DNA of 64,000 nt from Antedon mediterranea (Eukaryota; Animalia; Echinodermata), in assembly GCF_964355755.1 (NCBI RefSeq), contig NC_092677.1:22493175-22557174 (forward strand), given 5' to 3'. Numbering within the stretch: position 1 is the first letter of the stretch; each line of letters starts with the position of its first letter. The position numbers and the translations under genes were made by a program. This document shows positions 62,101 to 64,000 of the stretch, in pieces. The notes beneath the pieces are model-generated. The model saw only the letters and a list, made by a program, of their open reading frames with translations, did not search any database and had not been told where the DNA came from.

Positions 62101-63815
62101 TAAAAACAATTATCGTAGGAGGAGATAGGAAAATGCGAAGCCTCCTCGCATTTTTGTGGCGGGTATTTTTCAAGATGGACATCCATTAGACAGTGTATAC
62201 CACGATCGGAAAACACCCCTATCTGGGGCAAATCGTTGAACCTAAATTCGTTTTAATCGTCAATAACTAATTATCTAACTTAATTTAATTAGTAAACAGG
62301 GTTACATCAGGTGGTTAAAATCAGTACCGAAAGTACGAACCAACTTTACATACCATCGAGTAAAAATTCTAAAAGTTAGCCGCGATTTACCGAATTTTGC
62401 CCTTACGTAAATTTATATATAGATAATTATATCACAAAGTTTAACACCCTTAATAATGCACAATATGGTTTCAGAAAAAACAGTTCTACTTTTATGGCCG
62501 TTATAGATCTGGTTGAACGAATAACACCATCGGAATATTTATTGATTTGTCAAAAGCGTTTGACACCATCAACCATGATATACTTCTTAAAAAATTGGAA
62601 CACTATGGCATAAGAGGCACGGCCTTTAAATGGTTTAGAAACTATATTAGTGGAAGGAAACAATTTACGTCTATTGATAACACAAGTTCGTGTTTGATGG
62701 ATATAAATTGCGGTGTACCACAGGGTTCAATTCTGGGGCCTCTACTTTTTATTTTGTACATTAACGATGTATTTAATTGCTCAAACTCGTTATCTTTTGT
62801 TTTATTTGCTGACGACACAAACATATCTGCATCTCACGAAAACTTGGATACGCTCATAGAACTAGTTAATGGTGAACTAAAAAATGTTTTGGATTGGTTC
62901 ATGTGCAATAAACTATCAATCAACGTTAAAAAAACTAATTACATAATTTTCCGCAATCAGCGAAATCCAAGTAATTTAGAGAATGTAAATATTTATGTCA
63001 ACAATAAAAGAATAGATAGAGTTAAATCGACTAAATTCCTTGGAGTACATATTGATGAATTTCTCACATATAAGAACCACATCAATGTTACAGCTAGGAA
63101 ACTATCTCGATATGTAGGCATACTATATATAGTAAGACAATTTTTACCAACCTATGCTCTCTGGACAATATACAAATCACTCATTGAACCAGTATTAAAT
63201 TATTGCAACATAATATGGTGTAGCACATTTCCAAGTTATCTAGATGAGTTATTTAAACTCCAGAAAAGGGCATTACGAGCTATAACATGGTCAAAGTTTA
63301 ATGATTCAATGACTGAATGTTTCTATAAATTTAAACTTCAATAAGTACCAAATTGGGCTTTTCATGTATAATGTTACTACTAATCAGGACGTGCGTTTTT
63401 CATCGCTCTTTATTAAAAATGGTTCTTACCATAATTATAATACAAGATCTAAAGACAAAATGAGACTCAGAAAACGTAATCGTACTTCTACTAGTTTTAC
63501 TGTGTCATGTGTGGGACCCAAATTGTGGAATGACTTGAATTACGAACTACAAAGTACCAAATCAATATATATATTTAAATCATTGTTTAAAGAACATTTA
63601 TTATCATTTTACAAATAATTTTAAAAATACTTGTTGCAGGATGCTTTTTTATTATTTATGTTTTAGTTTTTTAGGCTAGTTAGGGACATAGGGGGACACA
63701 ACTAATCAAGCTCTTGTTTTTATGTGTTTCCTTTTCATCTTTTTTATGTTCTCATATATTGTTGTTGTATATTTTCATGATTGAGGATGAATAAAGAATA
63801 TTTGAATTTGAATTT
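59155..63815 (+). mobile_element. CR1/L2-group LINE (ORF1 tail plus EN-RT ORF2 with frameshifts), interrupted by a Helitron
   Basis: HMNARSL, GFSETW, YRPPN, LGDFN, TDHLP, NYRPISIL, QYGFR, DLSKAFD, GVPQGSILGP and LFADDT motifs. The 3' end is aataaa...(tttgaa)n. Confidence 0.9.
61209..62423 (-). mobile_element. Complete non-autonomous Helitron (1215 bp)
   Basis: Minus strand reads A|TC...CTAG|T with no TSD and a terminal hairpin. Removing it restores the LINE frame ...QIRV-N-NYITKFNTLNNAQYGFR. Confidence 0.9.
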
Positions 63816-64000
63816 GTTCTTTATTCGTTGTGTACATGTGCTCTTACTGTAACATGAAATCATGGGATGTCCCAAAGGTAGACTATAGATGGCAGCAGAC
63901 ATATTAAGATGATCATCAACATCTTCCCTTTTAAAAGCAGGCATTAAACCATGCAAGGTCTCAACTAGATCAAAAAACTTATATGAACAATAACAATAAT

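Overview
AT-rich eukaryotic DNA, most likely from an invertebrate animal (spliceosomal introns, metazoan TE families, metazoan tRNA-type primer-binding sites). It is almost entirely a nest of transposable elements, and I recognise no clear host gene. Retroelements: a young, structurally complete Gypsy-type LTR element (12286-16625) whose single 813-aa ORF keeps Gag and protease but only shuffled in-frame scraps of pol; several decayed Gypsy, BEL and DIRS pieces; a near-intact full-length RTE-clade LINE (50622-54687); CR1/L2-type and L1/Tx1-type LINE remnants; and Penelope-like fragments carrying minimal hammerhead ribozymes. DNA elements: a multi-exon tyrosine-recombinase (Crypton-like) gene next to a TIR-like terminus and split by the RTE LINE; hAT, Sola-like, Academ-like, Harbinger, Zator-like and CACTA-accessory relics; non-autonomous Helitron and Kolobok-type elements; MITEs; and a 29-bp palindromic insertion with a 7-bp TSD. 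Family assignments come from motif recognition by eye, with no database searches.
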